Translations under genes and position numbers: made by a program
Shown: one piece after another, positions 1-12,275 of the stretch
How positions within the stretch are numbered: position 1 is the stretch's first letter
Layout: every line of letters starts with the position of its first letter
The notes under the pieces: generated by a model
Told to the model about the DNA's origin: nothing
The model's database searches: none
Seen by the model: only the letters and a program-made list of their open reading frames with translations
NCBI GenBank assembly: GCA_003427395.1
Contig: BFEA01000022.1
Coordinates: 2,161,876-2,225,875 of the forward strand
Length of the DNA stretch: 64,000 nucleotides
Reading direction: 5' to 3'
Source of the DNA: Chara braunii
Taxonomy: Eukaryota; Plantae; Charophyceae

Positions 1-880
1 CGCCCAGACTACAGATGACAGATCCTATCTAGCCTATCTACAATACCACCAATGATGTCAACAGCTCCCCGAAGTACGAGCAGATCTCGGCCAATGCCGC
101 CCGCCTCAAGTACCAGGTATGTCTCTCTCTTTTATAGTCTGTGTGTGTGCGAGTTCGTCCGCTCTCTCTCTCTCTCTCTCCTCTCGTAGTCCGCAGGCGC
201 AGTGTAGTCAGACGATGAGAGGGGGAGAAGGAGATGGTGAACTGCGAAAAGGAAGAAGAAAATCTCTCTCTCTCTCTTACTCTCACGAAGTATGAAGCAC
301 CAAAGCATTAAGTACGGAGCTCCAAATATCACGGACTATTGATTCGCGAATTATGATGCACGCAGCATCATGCACCAAGTCCCCCACGAACCTACGATGT
401 ATCAAGCACCGAATCTATGAGGTAGCAAGGACGAAGCACGAAGCAAGAGGCACAGAATCTATAATGTCATTACGGAAGCATCAAGCACGTAGCACACCAA
501 CTCTCGAATCACGTACCACAAAGCACCGAAGCACGAACCCCATACGACAAAGCACCAAAATGGCAGACCCTGGCCAGGTAAGTATTCTTCTCTCTTTCTT
601 CTCCTTCTCCTTCCCCTTCTCCTTTCCTTTTTCCTCCCTCCTTCCTCTCCTTCTTCTTCTTCTTCTCCTCTTCCTCTTCTTCTCCTTCTTCTTCTTTTCT
701 TACTGTCTCCCCTGCTCGTTGCCACTCACTTCATGTTCTGTGATCACGGGATGTTCGTGCTTCTCGAACAACAGTTCGTACGAAGGAACCACCTACCGCG
801 ATGGTAAGTAGGAGAAACAGCGTAAGATTAAATCATTCTAAAAATTAAAGTCAACTATAATAAATAATACTTCAGAAACA

Positions 881-990
881 ACAATCAACAGAAATAACAA
901 TAATAATAGTAATAATACTACTACTAATAATAACAATAATAATAATAATAGTAACAATAATAATAATAATAATAATAACATCATTAATAG
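881..990. repeat. (AAT)n-rich microsatellite
   Basis: Imperfect AAT/AAC runs seen directly. Confidence 0.9.
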
Positions 991-1338
991 CAGTATGGAG
1001 ATAATGAATGTATATGGGCTATCTTCTTGGTCCGACACAGGCACAAGAGGCGACAGGAGATCAACAGTGCAGGTACGTATTTTTTTTATTTATTTGTTTA
1101 TTTATTTTGTTTTCTCTTCCCCTTTTCTGTCTTCTTGTTCCTTGCCTCCTTTATCCTCGCCTCTTCGAGCATTTCTCCCTTTGCGTTCGTCCTCGCGGCG
1201 CTAAACTTTATCGCACATCTCCCCCTTGCATTCTCCTATTCTCTGTATGATCGGGCATTTCCTCCCTCACGCTGCCCGCAATCTCCCCTCACGGCCACCT
1301 CCATCTTCCTCCCGCGACGGCTTCTCTCCTTCTCTCGT

Positions 1339-1342
<4 letters not shown>

Positions 1343-1426
<84 letters not shown>

Positions 1427-1427
1427 N

Positions 1428-1518
<91 letters not shown>
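1343..1518. repeat. Compound (CT)n(CA)n microsatellite, present twice around a single N
   Basis: Seen directly. The duplication flanking an N may be an assembly artefact. Confidence 0.95.
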
Positions 1519-1522
<4 letters not shown>

Positions 1523-1939
1523 GCAATCTCGCGGCCGAGCCGGATCGAAAACCCGACATCGGGTGAGCGCGAGTGGCGGTGTATATTTCCACGTTCTAGC
1601 GGTTAGATTCATTCATTTCGGTTTATCCTATCGACGGGAGCAGCTAAGGTCGATCATGGGGCTGGCGACTTACATGTCGTTGCCCTCGTCGTTGTCGTCG
1701 TCGTCATCGTCGTCGCCGTCGACAGCTGGAGGCTCCCTGCTCCGCAGCGCACACGATCCGACACGATGTGCATCACACCGGAACCACGACACGGAGGACA
1801 CGACAGACACAAGCTCACCGTGTCCTAACGATGTCGCCGGCTGATGCATCACACACTCAGCTACCCTCCTCCTTCGTCTACGGTAAGTGACGGGTCATCT
1901 TTCGATTGTAAGGGAGGCAAGTCCTCTCCTCTCTCCCCT

Positions 1940-2005
1940 CTTCTTCTTCTTCTTCTTCTTCTTCTTCTTCTTCTTCTCCTTCTTCTTCTTCTTCTTCTTC
2001 TTCTT
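1940..2005. repeat. (CTT)n microsatellite
   Basis: Seen directly. Confidence 0.95.
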
Positions 2006-2528
2006 CCCTACGTTTTACTTCTGCCCCCGCGCACCTTTCTTCTCATGCGCACTTATCCGCCAACTCGTGCTACCTCCTCACTCGCTCCCCCCCCGCCATC
2101 TCTGCTGCTCCGTGCGCACCACCTCTGCGATGCTCCGCCCCGCCATCTCCGTTGCTCCGCGCGCGCTACCTCCCTGCGCCCGCTTCCTCTCACCGCACGT
2201 TCTCTCCTCCAACCTCTGCGCGCACATCCCCCCCCTTCTACTCTTCTTCTGTGCTCCCTGTCTCCCGCGCCTCCATGCTGCTGCGCCGTAGTCCTTAGCG
2301 AGCCAGTTGGCTCGTACTTTCGGTCAGCCGACTGTTCGGCCGAATCTACCTTGGTTTCGGAGCAAGATTCACTAAAGTGAATCTACGAACGAATGACAAC
2401 GGGATCGTAAAAGAAGGGAAAAAAAAGGAAAAACTAAGAAAAATAAAAGAAACCGAATCTAACTAACTAATATCAAAAATAAAATAAAAATAAATAAATA
2501 AATAAAAATGAAAAAAAATCAAAACTTA

Positions 2529-3348
2529 CCCCGTTGTGCCACCTGCCACAACGGGGCCTAACCGTAACTGGTCCTGATCTCTAGGTCACGGGTTCAAGCC
2601 CCCGTCACCCAAGGTCGAGGTTAAAGCACCGGTTTCCTTATGTAAAAGAAATCAACTCACAGGCCAGGGTATACTCAATCCCTATATGTACTTTTTAACA
2701 ATCTGCCCCAGTACCTACAGAGCTACCCTCCACTTCAAATAGAAGTGGGGCAGCTTAGATATATGTAGAGTATTGGGGTTCAGCCCACCTAGTGGCCTGA
2801 ACCCGTACTTAAGTCTGTGCCCGTGTGCACGCATGCCGGTCTGCATGCCGGCCGGCTCAAGTGTGTGCATGACCCGCAAGGGTACCTATTTGACCGAAAG
2901 GCCCGAAGGGCGGGTACTTACCTATAGCCACGTTATTAAGGGTTGTTGCGGGAAAATACTCAAGCGGCGGGTAGGTTGGCGCCGCTTTAAGTAGATGTGT
3001 CGGGTACTTGAGGCCGGCAGAAGAAGACAAAAGTTGGCATCTTTAAGAGGTCCAGTACTTGGTAGGTAGGCGGGTACCAGTCCAAATAACCTGAGTCCAG
3101 ACCCTGTGCGGATGATATTAGAGCTTGCAACGGTGTCTCCCTCAAAGGGACGGCGACACCGGTTGCTTGGGTGATCGCGTGGACACGAAGTCGCTACTCG
3201 AGAGGCGACTTCCTTTTCACATACGGGACGCGGAGCTGGAGCCTCAACCCTACTCACATCATATGAGTAAGGATATAGGTACCAACTGCCGTAACCTATT
3301 ACGGTAGGCAGCGTATTTCTCTTGGCTACCCTGGCTGCACAGCCAGGG
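2529..3348. other. Hairpin-dense block, candidate structured RNA or element terminus
   Basis: Stems: CCCCGTTGTG/CACAACGGGG (2529-2556), GGGTTCAG/CTGAACCC (2776-2804), ACCC-GCAA-GGGT (2872-2883), GAAGTCGC/GCGACTTC (3187-3212), CCCTGGCTG/CAGCCAGGG (3329-3348). Confidence 0.5.
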
Positions 3349-4416
3349 GTTGTATTAATTTTTCAGTCGTCTTTAGATTTTACGGCGGCGTGACCTGCCG
3401 ACTTTCTTATACCGGACGGTCTGATGCCCTATCGCTTGTTCTACTTCATATTTGCCTTACCGTCTGATCCTTTAACGGTTTTAGATTGTGGTCGCCGCAT
3501 CCCGTGCGACCTTTCTTGTTTTTCTTCCAACCCTCTGGCCCTTGTGGTCAGAGACTTTTAATTTTTACTAACCCCTTCTCCAGTCTTTGCCCGGGTTAAA
3601 GTGACGCGTGCGGTCATTCAAATGTTTAATCCACTAATTTTTACCGTCTCTGCGTTCGCCATGACAAGGCAGGCGAGCATTCGGAAAAAAAATTAACCAC
3701 TGACTCTAGTTCGTGCGCGTCGTGTTTCGGCGCTTGCGTTGATAAAACTTTCTCGATCATAGTAGTTGAGGGATTTGCCTCATTTCCCGTTTTTAGCCGT
3801 CTTCAGTCTGTCTGTTGGCGCCGACATCGTGTCGACTACAAAATCATGAGCAGATACCCTTGTAAGGGTATCAGCTCCGACAACGCTCAGTGGTACCAGT
3901 TAAGGTCTCAACCTCATGGTACACGATTGTCACATGAACCTCCGCTGTGACATTGTCCCTCCTGCACCTTAGCTTTGCACATTCCTTGGCTTCCGTGACC
4001 GCTGCCTGCAACTTCAAATTCCTTCTCATCTCTTCCTCTCTCGCTCCCTCCACATTAATCTTTAGCTTTGCCTCACTTCCCCCGTCATAGTTGACCATGG
4101 CGGTAATCCAGGGCCCCTCCCCGGACATCAGGGACCAACGAGTTATGAGATTCCAGCAGTCCAGCCTATAGTCGTGCAAAGCCATAGCTGTGCACTTCCG
4201 GAACGGTCGCTTGCTTCTCGGAATAGCTCGAGTCTGGCCATAGGCATACGAGCGCGCATACCACCTATCACTGGCTCACCTCACTGTCCTCAGACCTCCT
4301 GTGTTAGCACAACGAAGCTGCCCGTGCGCAGCCGCTGGCCAATAGCAAATGACACGTCTCCCTCTCCTTTATAGGCTTACTATGAGCCTTTGTCCCCGCA
4401 ATCTAAACGAGGGACA

Positions 4417-5767
4417 CTAGCGACATTTTGAATTTTTGTTTATCAGCAATTGAGATTTTGAGGAATAAACAAAATTAAGAGAGGGAAAAAAAATCAAACC
4501 CCAACGGTTATTCGAACAGGTGTCACCCCAGTGACTAACCAGAGTCTGAGGGAATGCTTCCACCTCAGTGCTAGTCCCCTTCTCCCCTTGATTGGAGGAG
4601 GGATCACCGATTCCTTCATGGTCATCACGTACCACCGCTTTCTTAACACCTTCGCCATTTTGTTTCCCAAACCGCGTGTACGCCCGTATTTTTGCAAGTT
4701 CGTCAGCAGTAATTCCAACTGACTTGTATTTTACGCCTTCCTGTCTGCACAAATTTTCCAGGTCTTGCTTCTTCAAAGCTCGCAGCCTCTTTCTCTCAAT
4801 TTGTTGGAAGCTCATTCTATCGTTCACACCAACCCCTGATGCTTCCTCCCCTTCTCCCCATTTCGGCGTCATCTTGGGCCTCCCCCTTGTGACGGTTCTT
4901 GGTGTACCGCTTCCCTTGGCAACTGCATCCAGACGGGCCTTCAAGCTCGTACCTCCCAAGGGGTCCTCCACTATCATCGTCGACAATTTTTCGACTTGCT
5001 CCTGCAGCTTTGCAACTTCCATTTCCGCAGCCAACTTTTTTGCCACACGCTCCAACCGCTTTTTCTCTTCATCGGCTTTCCTCTGTTTTAATACCTCCAC
5101 CTCCCTCGACATACACTGTTCCATATCCTTCATCTTTCTCAATTTTTCACGTGGCTCTCCCAATGATTCCGCTATGCGCAACATTGACCGAATATGACTT
5201 TCAACCTCGGGTGTCTTCATGCTTATACTCCCCCTCTTATTTCCCGGCCTTAAGGCCTCATTCATCCAAACTTGTGTTTCCTCCAGCGACTGCTCCTTCT
5301 CCTTCCTCAGCAACCCAACTTGAGTCGTCAATCCTTCCTATATTTCCTTCTCTTTGTCTCTACCTTCTCACAGTTGCTGTGTTTCCTTCATTAGCGTACT
5401 CATCCCATTTTCGAACGGGTCCCGTGACATATTAACCTTCCGTCGCAGCTCCTCGTTTTTTCTGCAGTAGCCTGTTCACCATGTTCTCATTACTCGAATT
5501 CTCTTGTCCCAACCTCTGTCGATATTCTTCATTCTCCCTTCTTAGTCTCAATAATTCATCATTCTGTTTATTCACCCCACTATTTTTGCCAACCGCTGTA
5601 ACCAAAGTCTTACCTGCTGCTATCAACACCCCTCCATATAGGGTCACCAACCTGCTCTCCAATCTTTCCCCAACTCTCGCTTCAAATTTTTCCCTTACCT
5701 TTTGTTGTTTCTTTCGTTTCCTCTCGTTTTCTTCGTCCTCCTTCTCCTTCGCTTCCTTAGCCTCCGG
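4417..5767 (-). pseudogene. Decayed coiled-coil, gag/ORF1-like TE protein with a C-terminal helix-extension-helix/SAP-like motif; 5' part displaced by element A
   Basis: ORFs 5432-5662 and 4417-5331 are K/E/R-rich coiled-coil and include LRALKKQDLENLCRQEGVKY. Coding-like sequence runs up to the element A boundary at 5767/5768. Confidence 0.55.
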
Positions 5768-6338
5768 TGTCGGGACTGGTGGATCCCGAATAACTTCCCA
5801 TCACTCGAGAGACTGAATATAGACAAATTGTGCACAGCAGAGAAATCTGGAGTAGAGAGGAAAGAGAGAGAAAAGACAAAGGATTAGGCCGCAGGAGGGA
5901 GTGATGCCCTGGGGTGAGAACTACAGGAGGAGAGAACCAGCGACGACAAGCGAGTAAGCGCAAGAACAGGGGCACATAGAACATAGCATGAGGCCCGGAG
6001 GGCCTTTAGAATTTAACAAGACGAAGGCCAAAGGGCCCTTGAACCAGCAAACACGTCACGGTAGCGACAAAAAAATGAGGTAGTCGAGAAACGGACGACC
6101 CCGGAGGCCGTAAAAAGCTAGAGAATAAGGGTCCAACATGAGGGTCACCTACGACACCTACGGGAACCTTGAGTTGAAGGTCTGCGACCGAGGGGACCAG
6201 CGCGCACGAGACACAAGAAAGACAAGGGAGAGGGGTCGTGGTGGGGCGGAAAACGCCCAAGGAACGTGGGACACCTTGGGGAAAGGCACCCGGGGCCACG
6301 CGGGACTAAGTAAAAATAATGACATTTGGGACAAAATG

Positions 6339-6462
6339 TGTCGGGGACCACCGGCGGGACTAAGTGTCGGGGACCACCGACGAGACTAAGTGTCGGGAAC
6401 CACCGGCGGGACTAAGTGTCGGGGACCACCGGCGGCGGGACTAAGTGTCGGGGACCATCGAC
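6339..6462 (+). repeat. 26-bp tandem repeat x5 (TGTCGGGGACCACCGGCGGGACTAAG) in LTR A
   Basis: Units start at 6339, 6365, 6391, 6417 and 6446. About 4 copies occur at 26413-26505. Confidence 0.9.
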
Positions 6463-9400
6463 GGAAAATTGGCGGGGACATATGAAGGTCTCAAGAGGAA
6501 TCAGCGGCATCACATGTGGGGAAAATAATTAAGACAAGGTGTATCGTCAAGATCAAGATCTTGACGACCGAAAATATTAGCACCGCTAGTGCAAGCACTA
6601 GCGGTAGCAAGCGGGAAGGCCAAAAGGAAAAAAAAAGCAAAGAAATATGGAGTGGGAGGCATGGGAGCAATCCGAAAAATCTTGGATCAGCCTCCCTCAA
6701 GAAAATGGAGTCAAAAGAGACCCCATGCAAAAAATGGGCCTCCAAGAGAAAATCGGAGTAAGAGGGGTCTCTATGGGAGAGAGATAGAAGTAAGAGGAAG
6801 CTGACATGGGCATGAGAAGGCCATTATTGCAGTCCGAGATATAACGGACTGCACCTTGGGCATAGGAAGGGCCAAAACTAAAAGGAAGGGGCTAGCAAAT
6901 GGCCTTATTGGTTACTTGACACTTGGCATGCTAGAAAAAAGAAAGAAAAGAAAAGAAAATGTGGGAGAATGAGACAAAAAGAGTGAGAGGGAGTGAGTGA
7001 GTTGGCCGTCAGTAGGGACTGCCACAAGTAGGGACAGGCAAGTCTCTACTGTCCAATAAAGGAGGGAAAAAAAAAAAAAAAANNNNNNNNNNNNNNNNNN
7101 NNNNNNNNNNNNNNNNNNNNNNNNNNNNNNNNNNNNNNNNNNNNNNNNNNNNNNNNNNNNNNNNNNNNNNNNNNNNNNNNNNNNNNNNNNNNNNNNNNNN
7201 NNNNNNNNNNNNNNNNNNNNNNNNNNNNNNNNCATCCGTGACCAAATTCATTTTGGAATATGGCGGTTGCAATGGACTTAGATTTTTCTTGATTTTTGCA
7301 GAGAAAATCAAACAAAACCAATGCCTCATGCAACCGAAATAAAACGGATTACATGGGGAAGGAGAAACACGTGTTTTAGATGCATCCGGAGTCAAAATTG
7401 AGTCCAGATGCACTTGGGAATTGACCGTTTCTTTTCTTTCAAGAAAGCGTTAGTTGTGGGGCATTGGAGTTAGGGAATTGACCCCTATTGCAGTCGGAGT
7501 TGCAACGGACTGCATGGGGAAGGGAAAACACATGCTTTAGCTTCATTCGGAGCCAATATTGAGCCCGAATGCACTTAGAAATCAAACGCTTCATTTTCTT
7601 TTAGCATGGGGCAAGTTCAGGGGTTGTGGGACTAGAAAAATGACCATGAATGCCGTCCGAGAAATAAAAGACTGCATGAGGATGCCTAGGCTAAGGAAAA
7701 ATGAGCCACGACAAACCCAAAAAGAGTAGAAAGAAGTGATTTCGACATGGGGCAAGTGAAGACGGTAAACAGTGACATCTCACAACCTAAAAAAATCTAC
7801 GCACGTGTAGCACCGAAGGGAGAAATGTTGGGGTTACCAACGGTAAGGGGGTCCAAAAATAAAAATGGGACACCATCCGGGATGTTGTCGGGGACTAAGT
7901 GGACCCAAATAATAAAAGTCAAAAAACGGAACACGCGCCGGCGGGACAAGAAAATGGAACTGGTATGGAGGAAAGTGGCGGGGACTTGAGATGTCCCAAG
8001 GGAACCATGGGCTAATACAATAAATAATTGTCCAAGCAAAGGACACCGTCGAGATCGAGGATCTATACGGTGGAAAGTATTAGCACCACTAGTGGGGGCA
8101 AATGGGAGAGTCATGAGAGAAAAGAGAATGAAATAATGGTGTTGGGAGGTCTGCCCAGCAGTACGAGATTTCTCGGACTAACTAGGCATGAGAAAATAGA
8201 GTCTCAAGAGACTCAACATGAGAAAAAGGTTGTCCTTAGAAAATCGGAGCAAATGGGGCTCAAAATTGGACAAACGGAGACAAAATGAAGTCCCCTAGGA
8301 GCATGGGGGTGCTATGGTTGAAATCCGAGATATAACAGCCAAGTACCAGCCATGAATCTGACCATGAATGAGGCCCCAAGGCCTAGAAAGAGGATGCACA
8401 GCAGTTTGACACTTGTCACAACTGAAATAAAAGAAAAATAAGAAAAAATGAGAAAAAATTGATGGAGAATGAGAAAAAAAGGGAGAAAAGAGTGGAGGAG
8501 AATGTGCCGGCCTATTGGGACCTGCACAGTAGGGACTGGAAAGTCCCAACTGTAACCTCATCCCTCCTAGAATGAGGGAGGGCAATCCGGATTGCAGAGA
8601 TATGGCCCTTGGGGCCACATCTCCATAATATCTGAATGAAAAGAAGAAACTGAGAGAAAATGAAAAAGAAAAATGACCGGTTTCTTTTTGGACCATGAAT
8701 CTGAGATCAGATCTCATGGTGGGGAGAAACTAGCCGTTTTTTGTGGGCCAGCTCAAAACGGCTTACTCCGGGATGAGGTGGCAGCCCAAAATGGAAAGAA
8801 ACAAAAGAGGGAAAGAGACAAAATTGTGCATTTGGCCGAAAAAAAGAGCCAGATGCACCAAAAATTGAAAAATTGGACTTATGGGCTCGAATTCGAAGCA
8901 AGGGCTACTTGGGGGTAGCACAGAATATTGATGGCCTTGGATCTCAGCCAGATCCAAGACTGAAAATGCACCGGTGCATAGAAAAATATATTGGCCTACC
9001 CAAAATGGGGTAGAAACTGAAAAAATCGAGAAAAAGGTCCACTAGGTTTTTTTCTCTCAAGTAAAGTAGCCCCTTGGGCATTAGGACCCAAAGGGGCAAT
9101 ATTTTTGAAGTGAAAAAAAGGCCGAAGGAGGCCAAGAGGCAATCCGAATTGGTACCAACCACTCGGACTGCATGTATTTGGCCAAAATGAGACCCGGATA
9201 CCTCCGGAAGGGCCTAGAGGGGGAATTTTGCCTTGCGGGTACCTCGGTTCACCTCAAGGCACATGGGGTGACCCATGGGCTGGCCGGACTGCTGGTTTCA
9301 GCCTACATAAGCTGGAATTCAGTCCGCCATATTCACAATTGCATGAGGAGTGTCCATGCTGCCCAGGTGAGTTCATAAAAACACTCTTTCACATGGAGAG

Positions 9401-9769
9401 AGGAGAGGGGAACCCATGCCAGTGTCAGAGCTTAGAGGAGACTATGAGCTAGGGAGAAGAGCTCTAGAGACTAGTGGTAGTGAGGGTGGCACTGGGGAGG
9501 TGATCCGTCATAGCCCCCAGGGTGTGAGGAGGAGAAGAGGTTAGATGGAGTCCCATTAGCCCTCCTAGAGGGGAGGACTCCATAGCCATGGTGATAGGAG
9601 TTTGTGGCAACTTGGGAGAAGATAGGAGAGGAAGGAGAGAGGCTTGAAGAAGAAGGGAGCCATAACCAAGAAGGTGTTTGAGCAAGAAGGAAGAAGTCTC
9701 CTCAAGATCGAGACCCCATCTCCAAAGCACCAACGAGGTGAGTGGAAGGAAGAAGAGTTTTCTTGTCCC

Positions 9770-10080
9770 TCTTCTTCTTCTTTTTCTTTTTCTTTTTCTT
9801 TTTCTTCTTTTTCTTCTTCTCTCTCCCTCCTCTTCTTCCTCTTCTTCTTCTTCTTCCCCTCTTCTTCCTCTTCTCCTTTTTCCCCTCTTCTTCCTCTTCT
9901 TCTCCTTCTTCCTCTCCTTCTTCCTCCTCTTCTTCATTCTTCTTCCTCTTCTTCTCCTTCTTCATCTTCTTCATCTTCTTCTTTTTCTCCTCCTTCTTCT
10001 CTTATCTTCCTTCCTCTTCTTCTTCTCCTCATCTCCTTCCCCTGCTTCGTCTTCATCACCTCCTTCTTTTTTTCCCTCCT
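9770..10080. repeat. Pyrimidine-rich (CTT)n low-complexity tract in LTR A
   Basis: Seen directly; counterpart at ~29680-30060. Confidence 0.9.
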
Positions 10081-10104
10081 CTTATTTCCTTTGATCTACT
10101 CTGC

Positions 10105-11850
10105 ATCTTGCTTTTCACTCTCATGCTAGTAGGAAATGCTCTGATTCTTCTATGGATGATCTCTTACTCAATACTTGTGATTTAGTCTAGTGTAACTATT
10201 GCTTTTCACTCACAAGCTAGTAAGAGATGCTCCGATTCTTCCATGGATGATCTCTTGCTCAAATCTTGTGATTGGTCTAGTGTAGATCTTGCTTTTCACT
10301 CATATGCTAGTAGGAGTACTCCGATTCTTCCATGAATGATCTCTTGCTCAATACATGTGATTTAGTCCTAGTGTAACTCTTGCTTTTCACTCACATGCTA
10401 GTACGAGATGCTAAGATTCTTCTATGGATGATCTCTAGCTCAAATCTTGTGATTTGGTCTTAGTGTAGATCTTCCTTTTCACTCATATGCTAGTAGGTGA
10501 TGCTCGATTCTTTTATGGATGATCTCATGCTCAATACTTGTGATTTAGTCTTAGTGTAACTCTTGCTTTTCACTCACACGCTAGCAGGAGATGCTCCGAT
10601 TCTTCCATGGATGATCTCTTGCTCAAATCTTGTGATTTGATCTAGTGTAGATCTTGCTTTTCACTCATATGCTAGTAGGAGATTCTCCGATTCTTCTATG
10701 GATGATCTTTTGCTCAATACTTATGATTTGGTCTACTTATAGTGTTGCTCTTCACTCTCATGCTAGTAGGAGATGCTCGGATTCTTCCATGGATGATCTC
10801 ATGCTCAATACTTGTAATTTGGTCTACTTCAAGTCTTGCTTTTGACTCACACACTAGTAGGAGATGCTCTGATTCTTCTATGGATGATCTCATGGTCAGT
10901 ACTTGTGATTTGGTCTACTTCAATTCTTGCTCTTCACTCTCAAGCAAGTAGGAGATGCTCCGATTCTTCCATGGATGATCTCATGCTCAATACTTATGAT
11001 TTGATCTACTTCAAGTTTTGCTTTCCACTCACACACTAGTAGGAGATGCTCTGATTCTTCTATGAATGATGTCATGCTCAATACTTGTGATTTGGTATAT
11101 TTCAAGTCTTGCTCTTCACTCTCATGCTAACAAGAGATGCTCCGATTCTTCCATGGATGATCTCATGCTCAATACTTGTGATTTGGTCTACTTCAAGTCT
11201 TGCTCTTCCCTCTCATGCTTGTAGGAGAAGCTCCGATTCTTCCATGGATGATCTCATGCTCAACTCTTGTGATATAGCCTAGTATAACTCTTGTTTTTCA
11301 GTCACATGCTAGTAGGGGATGCTCCGATTCTTTCATGGATGACCCTTTGCTAAAATCTTATGAAACAGCCTAGTGTAACTCTTGCTTTTCACTCATATGC
11401 TAGTAGGTGATGCTTCGATTCTTCCATGGATGATCTCTTGCTCAATACTTGTGGTTTGGCCTAGTGTAAATCTTGCTTTTCACTCACAGGCTAGTAGGTG
11501 ATGCTCCGATTCTTTCATAGGTGATCTCATGCGCAATACTTGTGATTTGGCCTAGTGTAGATCTTACTTTTTACTAACATGCTTGTAGGAGATGCTCTGA
11601 TTCTTCCATGGATGATCTCTTGCTCAAATCTTGTGATATAGTCTAGTGTAGCTCTTGCTTTTCACTCACATGCTAAGAGGGGATGCTCCGATTTTTTCAT
11701 GGATGATCTCATGCTCAATACTTCTGATTTGGCATAGTGTAGATCTTGCTTTTCACTCACATGTTAGTAGGAGATGCTCTGATTCTTCCATGAATGGTTT
11801 TGTGCTCAAGAATTGTGTTTTGGAACTAGTCTAGGTTGTGCTTACCACTC
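10105..11850 (+). repeat. Satellite type I, ~91-bp unit, ~19 copies
   Basis: TTGCTTTTCACT recurs at 10199, 10289, 10380, 10472 and onward. Confidence 0.95.
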
Positions 11851-12275
11851 ACATGGTAGATGATGACATTCCATTTCAAACTTGGTTGCATTCATGAACC
11901 ACGATCATGTGTTTGAGCAAGTCTCACTCACATGCATGACTCAGCTCTCATAATATGACATTCCGTTTCAAACTTGGTTGCGTTCGTGAGTCATGAGCAT
12001 GTGTTTGAGCAAGTCTCACTAATATACATCGCTCAACGCTCACATGATGACATTCGTGTTCGAACTTTGTTGCATTCGTGAGCCATGAACATGTGTTTGA
12101 GCAGGTCTCGCTCACATACATGGCTCAACTCTCACATGATGACATTCTGTTTCATGCTTGGATGAACTCATGAGTCATGAACATGTGTTTGAGCAAGTCT
12201 CACTCACATGCGTGGCTCAACTCTCACATTGATGACATACCGGTTCCCACTTGTTTGAGTTTTTCTTCATGTGCA
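11851..12275 (+). repeat. Satellite type II, 92-bp unit, ~4-5 copies
   Basis: GACATTC recurs at 11865, 11957, 12049 and onward. Confidence 0.9.

Noticed and set aside
353-2380. Leu/Phe/Ser- and His-Thr-rich ORFs (also at 9464-10185, 29358-30100 and 55914-56213)
   Set aside because: They are translations of microsatellites and low-complexity tracts.
2560-2612. tRNA or SINE from GGTTCAAGCC (also GTTCGATCCCC at ~43646)
   Set aside because: No cloverleaf, A-box or acceptor stem could be built.
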